From contig NIVC01000448.1 in assembly GCA_002269645.1 (NCBI GenBank), positions 1-39,705 on the forward strand: a stretch of DNA of 39,705 bases, given 5' to 3'. The stretch is from Macrostomum lignano (lineage: Eukaryota). Shown piece by piece: positions 39,623 through 39,705 of this stretch. The notes beneath the pieces were generated by a model. It searched no databases. It saw only the letters and a list, made by a program, of their open reading frames with translations, and had not been told where the DNA came from. Numbering within the stretch: position 1 is the first letter of the stretch; each line of letters starts with the position of its first letter. A program made the position numbers and the translations under genes.

Positions 39623-39705
39623 ACTACTACTTAGGTGTTTTTTGGGTGGGCATTTTTGTGACTTTCTTGGTTGGCTGCCAAATTGGTCGGCCAGATTGGC
39701 CAACT

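Overview
Eukaryotic (metazoan) genomic DNA with GC-rich exons and introns full of minisatellites. The style recalls flatworm genomes such as Macrostomum, but that is an unverified inference. Left to right: (1) the 3' part of a divergent DIP2 gene (+, five exons, 1437-7113), each intron filled by a different tandem array; (2) a candidate orphan 73-aa spliced gene (-, about 11656-11971); (3) a DH-PH RhoGEF gene (+, three coding exons, 15016-20682) with a CACTA-like MITE carrying a satellite in intron 1; (4) a six-exon CCDC169 gene (-, 23810-26423); (5) a transposon nest (26.7-38.8 kb) with a 92-bp TSD-flanked insertion, a hAT MITE, a TTAA-flanked MITE hosting a decayed Ty3/Gypsy element (RNase H-integrase deletion, hairpin array, extra ORF3), and a MULE pseudogene with a solo LTR in its right TIR; (6) a degenerate 28S rRNA fragment spanning the R2/I-PpoI target site. 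The strongest unexplained signals are the 12-nt core CCCAGATCCTCA shared by three minisatellites of different unit length in one gene, arrays that begin at splice sites, and the five-hairpin array upstream of Gypsy ORF3. All alignments and counts were done by hand, homologies are from recalled sequences, and no database searches were run.
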